In this document: in pieces, positions 1 through 9,215 of the stretch
Numbering within the stretch: the stretch's first letter is position 1
How the letters are laid out: each line of letters opens with the position of its first letter
Assembly (NCBI GenBank): GCA_019057795.1
Contig: JAHLWS010000054.1
Location: forward strand, 1-31,621
Direction of reading: 5' to 3'
Source of the DNA: Promethearchaeota archaeon
Lineage (GTDB): Archaea > Asgardarchaeota > Lokiarchaeia > Sigyniarchaeales > SOKP01
DNA: 31,621 nt
The notes under the pieces: model-generated
The model's input: only the letters and a program-made list of their open reading frames with translations
Databases searched by the model: none
What the model was told of the DNA's origin: nothing
Translations under genes and position numbers: made by a program

Positions 1-8
1 AAGAATAG

Positions 9-137
9 CAAGTTGAGCCAGAACAAACTAAATGCGACGAGATTGATTGGAGCGCAGATAAGCATGTTCAGCGAGAAAAAACTATATGGGACGAGATTGA
101 TTTGAGCGAAGATAAGCAAGTTGAGCGTGAAAAAAAT
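9..137 (+). repeat. Degenerate 54-bp (18-codon) coding tandem repeat, ~2.4 copies
   Basis: GACGAGATTGATTGGAGCGCAGATAAGCATGTTCAGCG at 36 recurs as GACGAGATTGATTTGAGCGAAGATAAGCAAGTTGAGCG at 90. It is in frame with the 102..3689 ORF (QVEPEQTKCDEIDWSADKHVQREKTIWDEIDLSEDKQVEREK). Confidence 0.8.
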
Positions 138-3100
138 GAGAAGGACAAAAATGACGATCAAAACGATGAATACAATAAAGAAGATTATGTCGAAAATGTT
201 GAATCCCATTCAGTTTCTACAGTTTTAATTAATAAAATAGAAGAAATAGAAAATAATGTGGAACACCAGGAACAAGAAGAAGAAATCGAGATTCGTAAAG
301 AAGAATATCAAGAAGTTACGGAACCGATTGTAAATAGTGACGAGATTGAATTCATAAAGAGTGTTGAAGAATTGGCCGAACATGCTAGAGAAACAAAAGC
401 TGAAGACGAAATTGTCGAACCACAAGCTGAAAAAGAAAATGCGGCTTATTATGCTGAGCAATATTATGAAAAATTAAAGGAAAAAGAGGTACTTAACGAT
501 CAAAATAGTAAAGAGGAGCAAGAAGCAGAAGAACTTAGGCAAGAAGTAACAGAGGAATTAAAGGGTGACCAAGATAGTGGTTATATTAACGATGAACTCG
601 AAAAGGAGGATATTATTGAGGCGTCCAAGGATATTACTACAGAGGAATTTGAATATTTATGGGAAATTCGCGATAAATTAGATCGAGAAGGAAAGCCCCT
701 TGAAGAGATAGAAGAAGTAATGCACGAAGCGGAAGAGATGTACGAAACGCTTAAAAACGCAGAAAAATTATACGAAGAACAAGAACTTGAGAAATTAAAG
801 CTAGTCGATCACGAAGACGAAGCGACCGAAGAGGATCTAAAAGAAGATTTGGATAGAGTAGATCTAATAGAACAAGCTGTTGAATTAGAAGAGAAATTGG
901 TTCAACAAGGGATGTTGCAAGAAGAGATAGATACGAGAGTAGAGGAAGCCATAGAAACAACCAAGTTTGAGGAGAAATTAGAAACATTAATTGAAAAAGA
1001 ACAAGAATCGATTGTAAATGAAAAGCTTAAAAAACACGATTTAGAGATTAACGAACAAAGTTCAAATGAAAATGTTGAAAACAAAGAAGATTTAGAAGTA
1101 TTAAAACCAGAATTAAATGCTATCGAAAGCGAATCCGAAGCTAATAAAGATTTTCTTGAGGAAAGTACAAAGATAGTAAGTGAAGAATCGGACGAACAGG
1201 AAACCGAACATCTTCAAGAGTTATATCGCCAAGAAACGGGCAGAAGACCTATATATTCTAGAAAAAAAACAAAAGGTTATAGCCAATGGTTAGAGCAAAG
1301 AGAATTAGGAACGGAGAAGATTAAAATTTCTAAAAGTGAAAGTGAAAAAATAAAAGAAATCAAAGAAGAAGATTGGAAATCAACCCTTAAACAATGGATA
1401 AGAGAAGCTTCTGAGGAAGAATGCAACGCTGAACTTAAATCCGAGTTGATAAAAACCCTTGAGCGTTATAACGAGTTCGAGGATTTGACTCGAAAGTTTA
1501 TGGAATTATATGAAAAGGGTCAAAACGAAAAACTCTCTGAAAAAGAAAAGAATAGATTAAAATCCTTGACGGGAAGGCTACAGGAGCTAGATCCGATCAA
1601 ACTAGAATTATTAACAAGTGTTTTTTTTATTAAAAAATATATCACCGAGCAATATTGGCACGATTTTTGGAATAAACCTCTTGTTAATCGAGTGCTTAGC
1701 AAATTTTTTAAGCACATCTCGCAGAAAATATTAAAATTAAAGGAGTTAATAAATCCTAATGAAAAATTAAAATTAAAAAAATATCAATTAATTGATAATT
1801 CACCATCTCAAGAAGAAATTCGAAGGGTTAATGGGTTGGCCGGAAATTATCAGGTGAAACAGATCAAAGATCATAAGCAAATTAGTCTCTCGGCATCAAT
1901 CAAAATTAAGTCTCTATGGAAAAATCCACTAAAAAAATTAGGCAAACATTTAAAGGTTGACGGAAGCATAGATAAGAAAGCCCTTGCAAAAGAGCTTGTA
2001 TATACTATGAAAAAACAACGAATAGAAAATCTTAGAGGACTAGGATACGATGGTGGCATACCTCTAAAAGATTTTGTCTTGCACAAAAAAGATATTGATA
2101 ATCTTCTCCAAAATGGTATCCTCAAAGACATGAATGATTTAGTCAGCGGTAAGGGAAAAGTTCAGTATGGTTTCACAGGGTTCACTTATAGAATAATTGA
2201 TTTAAAAACAAAATTCTTTCAGACTGGTTTGTCGTTCGTTCCTCATCCTGTCAGACTTGGGTGGTACCTTTACGATATTATTTTCAATCCTAAGAAGTAC
2301 CAGTTTAGAAGAACGGGTACTAATCAAATATCTGGCTGGTTAGCGAAAGCTATCGATTTGGAATACGGTTTACAGTCGTTTAGAGATGAAATTATAAAGG
2401 GGAATAATGAATCTTTAATAAAAGCTTTAAACACACTCTTCGAATTTGAGGTAACAGGGGTATTTTGGGACCAAAAATTGGTAAGAGCCGCTGAAGATGA
2501 ACAAATTGCCGTTACCTTAATTAATTCCAATCGTAAAGGAATAAATAAATTAATTAGCTCTCTAGGTTTAGGGTACAATCTTGATCATCCCACATCTTTG
2601 GATTTGAAGAAGATTACAAAAATTGCTACAAAATATGGAATTTCTGAAGATATGAAGGGTTTGGGGCTTAATGATCCTGAATCCTCGGGGAAGGGTGGAA
2701 ATCCCGAGAAAGCTGAGGAATTTATTTGGAAGTGTGCTTATTACACTGCACTTGGTATGCCATACAGTCAGATGTATGAAAATATGAAGAAAATAGGTTT
2801 ATTTAAAAAGTCATTAGGAGCTTTTAAAGGCGAATATATAAAGTGGTTTGGGAGTCTTGAGGAAGGGAGAAAATTATTCTTAAATCCTATACGTGAGAGT
2901 CTAAAGGAATTACATGATTATTCGGAAGGAGATATTAATAGATTATATCCATTAGGCAAAAAATTTAATAAAGAGCTCTTCATTCATTTGGCTGAAGAGA
3001 ACTATCAATTAAATGATATTGCTCAAGAAATGGGTTGGGATAGCCGTCATTTAGGACGTTTAATTATTGAATTGATTGATATAGAATATGATTTTATAGA

Positions 3101-3689
3101 ACAATATAAATTTTCAAGTAATAAGAACCAAAGAACATTTGAGGATTTGCAGTATTATCTAATAGCTCAAAGAATACTGCAACAAGCCATGATTAATATC
3201 TCAAGAAGCGAAATTATGGAAAGTTTTGAAGGGGGGATAACACATGATGTATTTAGTGAAGTATCTAAGAGGGTATTAAAAGCTCAAAGATTTAACGATA
3301 TACAAGATATAGCTAGGAAGGCTTTAATAGGAGTTCTCATATTAGATATTAACCCTGCTAAAGTTAGAGATTTTGCGAATGATAGAAGGTGCTGGATACC
3401 TTTGAGCACTATTTCCCAGAAATTAGCACAATTTTATAAAAATAACCCTTTGGTCCAATCCATTATCTCGAGAGGTCACAGATTAACAAACATACAAATA
3501 GGAAAGGTGGCTGTTATAGGCTTACAACTTGAGAGTTTTTATAAATTGGGTTTCTCTAATTCAAGAATTCTTAGTAATTTAGGTTCTGCATATACTTTGC
3601 AAGACATTATCGAAATAACTAGACTAGTGTGGAATACTAATCCTGATGGTGCTAGGAGGTTACTTCATACAAGATTTATAGGAAGCTAG
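102..3689 (+). CDS. Large modular protein: acidic low-complexity/coiled-coil N-terminus, ETGRRPIY motif region, C-terminal degenerate GIY-YIG-like domain and helical/HTH-like tail; true start probably upstream
   Basis: 1195-aa ORF with a very E/K/D-rich first ~420 aa. GFTYRIIDLKTKFFQTGLS..R..FEFEV..E..I..GLN..GGN (nt ~2178-2703) follows the GIY-YIG motif order. The TTG start lies inside a coding repeat. Confidence 0.7.
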   Translation: MSEDKQVEREKNEKDKNDDQNDEYNKEDYVENVESHSVSTVLINKIEEIENNVEHQEQEEEIEIRKEEYQEVTEPIVNSDEIEFIKSVEELAEHARETKAEDEIVEPQAEKENAAYYAEQYYEKLKEKEVLNDQNSKEEQEAEELRQEVTEELKGDQDSGYINDELEKEDIIEASKDITTEEFEYLWEIRDKLDREGKPLEEIEEVMHEAEEMYETLKNAEKLYEEQELEKLKLVDHEDEATEEDLKEDLDRVDLIEQAVELEEKLVQQGMLQEEIDTRVEEAIETTKFEEKLETLIEKEQESIVNEKLKKHDLEINEQSSNENVENKEDLEVLKPELNAIESESEANKDFLEESTKIVSEESDEQETEHLQELYRQETGRRPIYSRKKTKGYSQWLEQRELGTEKIKISKSESEKIKEIKEEDWKSTLKQWIREASEEECNAELKSELIKTLERYNEFEDLTRKFMELYEKGQNEKLSEKEKNRLKSLTGRLQELDPIKLELLTSVFFIKKYITEQYWHDFWNKPLVNRVLSKFFKHISQKILKLKELINPNEKLKLKKYQLIDNSPSQEEIRRVNGLAGNYQVKQIKDHKQISLSASIKIKSLWKNPLKKLGKHLKVDGSIDKKALAKELVYTMKKQRIENLRGLGYDGGIPLKDFVLHKKDIDNLLQNGILKDMNDLVSGKGKVQYGFTGFTYRIIDLKTKFFQTGLSFVPHPVRLGWYLYDIIFNPKKYQFRRTGTNQISGWLAKAIDLEYGLQSFRDEIIKGNNESLIKALNTLFEFEVTGVFWDQKLVRAAEDEQIAVTLINSNRKGINKLISSLGLGYNLDHPTSLDLKKITKIATKYGISEDMKGLGLNDPESSGKGGNPEKAEEFIWKCAYYTALGMPYSQMYENMKKIGLFKKSLGAFKGEYIKWFGSLEEGRKLFLNPIRESLKELHDYSEGDINRLYPLGKKFNKELFIHLAEENYQLNDIAQEMGWDSRHLGRLIIELIDIEYDFIEQYKFSSNKNQRTFEDLQYYLIAQRILQQAMINISRSEIMESFEGGITHDVFSEVSKRVLKAQRFNDIQDIARKALIGVLILDINPAKVRDFANDRRCWIPLSTISQKLAQFYKNNPLVQSIISRGHRLTNIQIGKVAVIGLQLESFYKLGFSNSRILSNLGSAYTLQDIIEITRLVWNTNPDGARRLLHTRFIGS

Positions 3690-3818
3690 AGAAATATAAT
3701 CGAAATTTATAACCTAAAGAAATTAAATTTATTAAAAATTAGATACATTTAGAGTTACTATTCTAAGAATAATTAAAAAAATTAAGATCATAAAGCATCT
3801 AAAATAGGTGAAATACAT

Positions 3819-3956
3819 TTGAAATATGAGTGTAGTGCGTGTGGCTACGTTTACGATGAGGAGAAAGAAGGAACTAAATTTGCAGACTTACCTGATGATT
3901 GGGTTTGCCCAGTCTGTGGCGTAGACAAATCTTTCTTCTCGATAATATCCGATTAG
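3819..3956 (+). CDS. Rubredoxin (45 aa), missed by the ORF track
   Basis: Manual translation: [45 protein letters not shown]. It has two CxxCG knuckles and LPDDW. TTG start lies 8 nt after an AGGTG RBS (3806-3810), and a T-rich tract follows the stop. Confidence 0.92.
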   Translation: MKYECSACGYVYDEEKEGTKFADLPDDWVCPVCGVDKSFFSIISD

Positions 3957-3959
3957 TTC

Positions 3960-3995
3960 ATTTTAATAATTTTTTTTATTTTTTTCTATTTTTCT
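3960..3995 (+). terminator. Probable archaeal oligo-T terminator
   Basis: Several T runs immediately after the rubredoxin stop codon. Confidence 0.5.
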
Positions 3996-4123
3996 CAAAT
4001 AATTTGCTCTTTTTAGTTTCAAATCTTCTTAATGAATTTATAAGATAAACAAATTAAATTTATAAAAAACAAAAAGAAAAATAACTTAATAGAAAAAATG
4101 AAATAATATTAGAGGTAAAAGAA

Positions 4124-5530
4124 ATGGATTTTAATTTAACAGACGCACAAAAAGCTTTACAAAAAAAAGCTAGAGAATTTGCCGTCAAAGAAGTTCTACC
4201 CGTTTCGTTCAGTTATGACGAGCATGAAATGATGCCTATGGATGTTATCGAAAAAGCCTGGAAGGCAGGACTAACAAATCTGGGAGTTCCCAAAGAATAC
4301 GGTGGACAAGGATATGGTTTAATGGAAGCCGTAATTGTTGTCGAAGAGATCGCTGCAGCGTGCCCGGGGACCGCAACTTCAATATTCGACAACGATCTAG
4401 GCGCGGGACCTATCATAATTGGAGGGAACGAAGAGCAAAAGAATAGGGTATTGAAGGATATAACAGAAAACTTCAAATTAATCGCATTTGCCACTTCAGA
4501 GCCAGGAATGGGGAGCGATGTAGCTGGAATGCAATGTCGCGCTGAAAAGGCTGAGAATGGTGGATACATTTTAAACGGTACTAAATATTGGATCACTAAC
4601 GCAGGGTATTCTGATTACATTACTGTATTTGCCACTGTAGACCCAGAGAAAAAACATCGCGGCATAGCAGCCTTCATCGTGCCAAATGATTACGAAGGCG
4701 TGAAAACTGGCCCTCATATTCCTAAATTGGGACAAAGGGCATCTAATACTTGTTCTGTGATATTGAAAGATGTAAAGATACCTAAAGAAAATGTTTTGGC
4801 AAAACCTGGTCGGGGATTTTTGTTAGCCATGCAAACCTTTCAAAACACTAGACCTGCCGTCGCTGCTTTTGCGGTAGGATGTGCAAGATCGGCAATGGAA
4901 TACGCTATAGATTACGCTCAAAAGAGAAAAACTTTCGGTAGGCCAATAGGAAATTACCAAGGCATTCAATTTAAACTAGCAGAAATGTATAAAGACATTG
5001 AAGCTGCGCGACTTTTAACTTATAAAGCGGCTTGGGAAGGAGACCAAGGCTTAGATAGCAATCTAACGTCTTCTATGGCCAAAGCGTTTGCTTCAGATGT
5101 TGTGATGAATGTAACTACTGAAGCTATTCAAATTTTTGGAGGATACGGATATATTAGAACTTTTCCAGTCGAAAAACTGTTTAGAGACGCTAAGTTATAC
5201 CAAATTTACGAAGGTACTTCGGAAATTCAGAGAATAGTAATTGCAAGGTTCATTATGAAGAAATATCAACACGCAATGCCTAATTTATTTGAAATTCCGC
5301 GAGTGGAAATACAAGTAGAAAAAAAAGCTGAAAAAACTATTGCTAAAGTAGAAAAATCCAGCGCCGAATTGGGAGGGAGGTGGAAATGTTTAATATGTGC
5401 ATATGTTTACGATCCCGTTAACGGCGATCCCGATAGTGGAATAGCTCCTGGAACTCCTTTTGAGGATATTCCAGATGATTGGTTTTGTCCGGTATGCGGA
5501 AGCGATAAATCTAACTTTGCGAAAATCTAA
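4124..5530 (+). CDS. Acyl-CoA dehydrogenase with C-terminal rubredoxin domain
   Basis: ACAD motifs [38 protein letters not shown] and [10 protein letters not shown] (catalytic Glu). The C-terminus [12 protein letters not shown]...[14 protein letters not shown] is a rubredoxin. Confidence 0.93.
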   Translation: MDFNLTDAQKALQKKAREFAVKEVLPVSFSYDEHEMMPMDVIEKAWKAGLTNLGVPKEYGGQGYGLMEAVIVVEEIAAACPGTATSIFDNDLGAGPIIIGGNEEQKNRVLKDITENFKLIAFATSEPGMGSDVAGMQCRAEKAENGGYILNGTKYWITNAGYSDYITVFATVDPEKKHRGIAAFIVPNDYEGVKTGPHIPKLGQRASNTCSVILKDVKIPKENVLAKPGRGFLLAMQTFQNTRPAVAAFAVGCARSAMEYAIDYAQKRKTFGRPIGNYQGIQFKLAEMYKDIEAARLLTYKAAWEGDQGLDSNLTSSMAKAFASDVVMNVTTEAIQIFGGYGYIRTFPVEKLFRDAKLYQIYEGTSEIQRIVIARFIMKKYQHAMPNLFEIPRVEIQVEKKAEKTIAKVEKSSAELGGRWKCLICAYVYDPVNGDPDSGIAPGTPFEDIPDDWFCPVCGSDKSNFAKI

Positions 5531-5648
5531 AAATTTAATTTTTTATTACTTATTTTTTTAATTATATTTTTACAAAATATTGAAATATCCCAGACTACTT
5601 TCTGAACTATCACTTTTTATGATTATTAAGTTAAAATAGGTTAATAAT

Positions 5649-7145
5649 ATGTCCGATAACGACACTGAAATTGCTAAATCTTTAGATCGTAGTAGTTCGG
5701 AAATAGTACCTTTGAAGGAAAAATTATCCTATAGTTTTGCTCAAATGCCAGGTACCTTCTACGGAGGAATGATGGGTGTAATCCAATCTTTCTATTTCGC
5801 ATGGATGGGATTATTAAACATATGGATTTTTATTGCACAGATTATATATGCGATTTGGAATGTTATAAACGATCCGATTTTTGGTAATGCAATTGGAAAT
5901 ACACGATATTATAATAAAAAAAGAGGAGAAGTTCAAAGATATATCCCTTATATTAAATTTGGTGCTCCGCTTTTTAGTATATGTTTCGCATTGGTATTTT
6001 TTCCACCAACTTCATGGAGAGGACAGACTTCAAATCTTACGATTCAAATATGGCTCTTCATATGGTATCTCGTAAGTCAACTGGCATACGATACTTTATT
6101 TACGCTGGTGTTATGCGCTCATGTAGCTCTACTCCCCCAAATGACGCTAAATCAACGAGAAAGAGAAAAAATTCAGCTAATGAGCACTGCTTTTATGTTA
6201 CCCGCAATTTTAATTGGCTTCATTGTTCCCGTTATGTACTTAACAAATCCAACCACAGCAACCATTGCCCAATTTCAATTGCTTGTAGTAATTATCGCTA
6301 TCTTTGGTGTATTTCCATACCTATTATTATCAAAATATGTTCATGAGCATAGTGAATATATCCCCGAAAAAAAAACTCCTTTATTAAAATCGATAAAACT
6401 TGCCTTCAAAAACCCTTCCTTCAGAGTATATGTAGTATATGACGGAGTTTCAGTATTACTATTGAATTTGGTAATGGTAAGCCTACCCTTCTACTTAACT
6501 TGGGTCCTAGCACCGATGGAAGGTTTTGATATGCTTCTTTTCTGGATTGGACCAATAGTCTGCTTACTTATTTCAATTCCAATTATTCTGAGAATTGCAG
6601 CAAAAATATCTACAAAGGCGTCAATAACATATTATCTTGGAGCTTTAATTATAGGGTTTTTCTTTAGCTTTTTTGCTGGACTTTCAGGCAACTGGGTTCT
6701 TGTTTCAATTGGGTTTTCAATATTTATGCTAGGCTTTGCGGGAGATTTTATTCAACATAATCCAATGCGTGCTGACACGATTGATTATGACTACTGGAAA
6801 ATCTCAGGAGAAAGGAGAGAGGGACTTTATGCTGGCGTAGGACCATTACTTAGCAAACCTATGATTAGTGTTGCTTTAGCGGTTCCAACGGCATTAATGA
6901 CTGCTTTTGGTTTGATATATGTGGATGCGGTAGGTGGTTTAGTAGCAACTCAAGGTATGGCTTCAGCTTCTTTAGGCGTTAACATTAGTATGACTCTTAT
7001 ACCTGGAATTGCATGCCTAATCGGCTTAATAGTATGGGTAAAATTTTATCCTTTAACTGGAGAGGTTGTAGAAGAGATGAAAAAAGAGGTCCGCATTATG
7101 CACGAACGAAAAAGAAAGGATTACGAAGAGAGTCATCGCGCATAG
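5649..7145 (+). CDS. MFS transporter, glycoside-pentoside-hexuronide (GPH/MelB-like) family
   Basis: About 12 hydrophobic helices, with WNVINDPIFG, MRADTIDYD and GERREGLY motifs. Confidence 0.85.
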   Translation: MSDNDTEIAKSLDRSSSEIVPLKEKLSYSFAQMPGTFYGGMMGVIQSFYFAWMGLLNIWIFIAQIIYAIWNVINDPIFGNAIGNTRYYNKKRGEVQRYIPYIKFGAPLFSICFALVFFPPTSWRGQTSNLTIQIWLFIWYLVSQLAYDTLFTLVLCAHVALLPQMTLNQREREKIQLMSTAFMLPAILIGFIVPVMYLTNPTTATIAQFQLLVVIIAIFGVFPYLLLSKYVHEHSEYIPEKKTPLLKSIKLAFKNPSFRVYVVYDGVSVLLLNLVMVSLPFYLTWVLAPMEGFDMLLFWIGPIVCLLISIPIILRIAAKISTKASITYYLGALIIGFFFSFFAGLSGNWVLVSIGFSIFMLGFAGDFIQHNPMRADTIDYDYWKISGERREGLYAGVGPLLSKPMISVALAVPTALMTAFGLIYVDAVGGLVATQGMASASLGVNISMTLIPGIACLIGLIVWVKFYPLTGEVVEEMKKEVRIMHERKRKDYEESHRA

Positions 7146-7186
7146 ATTTTCAAGACAAAATGTCTCACATCGTTCTTTTCATTTAA

Positions 7187-7735
7187 CTATTTCATTTCAA
7201 TGATCTTTTTTGCTGTATTCAAAAAATTAGAGCTGATCAATGTTGGTTTTATCCCTTCAACTTCTAACTCGTGAAAATGTTTCTTACCGTGACCACTAAT
7301 CAAATACACAGTTTTGGATCCTGCATTAATCCCAAATAAAATGTCTGAAGGATGGTCCCCAATTACCCAGGAATTATTTATATCAACATTCCATCCATCA
7401 ACAATTTCTCTAATATATTTTATTTTTGGTTTCTTACACTCACAATTGTCTTCTTTTACATGTGGACAGTAAAAAGTTCTTTCTATCCTTATCTGATTCT
7501 CTTTTAATATCCCAATCAAGTGATCATTGAATTTATGGAATTCTCGATCGGTATAGTATCCTCTTCCAATACCCGATTGATTTGTGACAATAAAAAGAAG
7601 GAAATTCTTTTGTAAAATTTTTAAGCCTTCAATGACTCCAGGTAAAAGCTCGAAATCTTCGATTTTATAAGCGTAATCTTTATCCTCTATTAACGTTCCA
7701 TCTCGATCTAGTATAATCGCTTTAATCTTTCCCAT
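7187..7735 (-). CDS. gmhB: HAD IIIA phosphatase, GmhB/histidinol-phosphatase-like
   Basis: DRDGTL, VTNQSGIGRGYY, Zn site CPH..CECKKP and the GD motif. Confidence 0.8.
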   Translation of the reverse strand: MGKIKAIILDRDGTLIEDKDYAYKIEDFELLPGVIEGLKILQKNFLLFIVTNQSGIGRGYYTDREFHKFNDHLIGILKENQIRIERTFYCPHVKEDNCECKKPKIKYIREIVDGWNVDINNSWVIGDHPSDILFGINAGSKTVYLISGHGKKHFHELEVEGIKPTLISSNFLNTAKKIIEMK

Positions 7736-7899
7736 ATTAAGTAAGATTACATTTCAACCAATTTAACTTTGATCTGTATATTCTATAGAGATTCAAAAGT
7801 ATGAAAAATTTCAAACATTAAAAGAAAACGAATATTGATCTAAAATATTTGATATTTAATAAAAAAAAGAAAAAAGTATTAAAATTTACTTAGATAAAT

Positions 7900-8286
7900 T
7901 TAACTCTTCCATAAACCGTGTAAATTACAATATTCTCGGGCGCCTACAACTTCGATATCTGCTACAACAAATGTAGCTTTAGGTTCGTCTCCAGGTTTTA
8001 AAAACTTGCGCTTATAACAATTGTCTTTGCAGATTAATTCAATCCACATAATATAATGCTCTTCTGTCATAGGGTGTGGAGTTCCCATCGATACACCAAC
8101 ATCTACGGTAACTTTATTACCTTCAATTGTTATTTTAGGAACATGCTTTTCGCCCTTCCAATCAGCGGTTTTTTCCTCCATCAAATTCATTGCCTGTCCA
8201 CAGCAGATGGTTTCAGGTGCGCCTGGATTAAGGATTTCAATTACTTTCTTACAAATTGCACATTTGTACACAGATTTTTGTTTCAT
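7900..8286 (-). CDS. dfx: Desulfoferrodoxin (two-iron superoxide reductase)
   Basis: N-terminal desulforedoxin site CxxC..CCG, plus EKHVP, HPMTEEHYI and YCNLHGLW. Confidence 0.93.
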   Translation of the reverse strand: MKQKSVYKCAICKKVIEILNPGAPETICCGQAMNLMEEKTADWKGEKHVPKITIEGNKVTVDVGVSMGTPHPMTEEHYIMWIELICKDNCYKRKFLKPGDEPKATFVVADIEVVGAREYCNLHGLWKS

Positions 8287-8576
8287 TCAAAATCACATTG
8301 ATATTTGTTTTCCTATGAATTTATTTGCGGATAATATTTAATGATTGTGTTTAAATTTTATAACTATAAAAATAAATGAATATCTTCTTCTGTTCTAATC
8401 GTGATAGAATGCCTGAAACTTGATTTTTTCGCTTTTTTTTAGACTTGGGAATTTCAGAAAATCTACATGAATTGGATTGATTTGATGTTTTTTAATCTAA
8501 CCCTATCATCTTCAATTTTTTGTCCTTTAAATATAACGATTTAGAATAGAAATAAAAGAAAAAATTATCGATTGAA

Positions 8577-9215
8577 GTGAATGAAATGAATTTTAATGAT
8601 GAAATTTCTTACCTGGAATTTGAAGAAGATGAAATTTTCCTCAGTTGGTATGAAGTTGAAGGCGTAAGAACCATAACAGAGCTTTCACGGCAAATTCGAA
8701 CATTAATAAAGTACAAGGCTGCTATAATACAATATAGATTTCGAACCAACCACAGTTATCCTACAATTACTCCCAATATTAAATTTCTGGAAACAAAAAA
8801 TAAGTTTGAATCTTTAGCATTAAAATTCATCAAACTCCTTAGAAATATAAAGGATCGTACTGGAAATCTTAGAGGAGGATACCAATATCTCCTCGATCAT
8901 GCTAGTAGTAATAAAACAGAAAATTTACTTTTAAAAAAGCTGGAAGACGTTACTAATCATTTGTTCATACAAATTCATTATTTTTCAGAACAAAAAATAA
9001 GTGAACACCCTTCCTTTTTTAAAATAATTATACTACTTGCTCAAGAAGTATGTGAAACAAGAAAATACTTGAAAACGCAATTTTCCGGTTTTTATGAGGA
9101 ACTTGGAAAGAATTATCACAATTTAGAGAAAGAACTCTCAATATTGATTCCTAGTGGAGTCCAAGAAAAATTCAATGAGAGAAAAAGAAAAATAGGTGAA
9201 ATGATAAAATCATGA
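8577..9215 (+). CDS. Hypothetical helical protein, translationally coupled to the downstream endonuclease-domain gene
   Basis: 212-aa ORF (ATG at 8586 is a plausible start). Its stop overlaps the next start (ATGA at 9212-9215). Confidence 0.7.
   Translation: MNEMNFNDEISYLEFEEDEIFLSWYEVEGVRTITELSRQIRTLIKYKAAIIQYRFRTNHSYPTITPNIKFLETKNKFESLALKFIKLLRNIKDRTGNLRGGYQYLLDHASSNKTENLLLKKLEDVTNHLFIQIHYFSEQKISEHPSFFKIIILLAQEVCETRKYLKTQFSGFYEELGKNYHNLEKELSILIPSGVQEKFNERKRKIGEMIKS

Noticed and set aside
9-137. CRISPR array
   Set aside because: The repeats are degenerate, contiguous and codon-phased, with no unique spacers and no cas genes.
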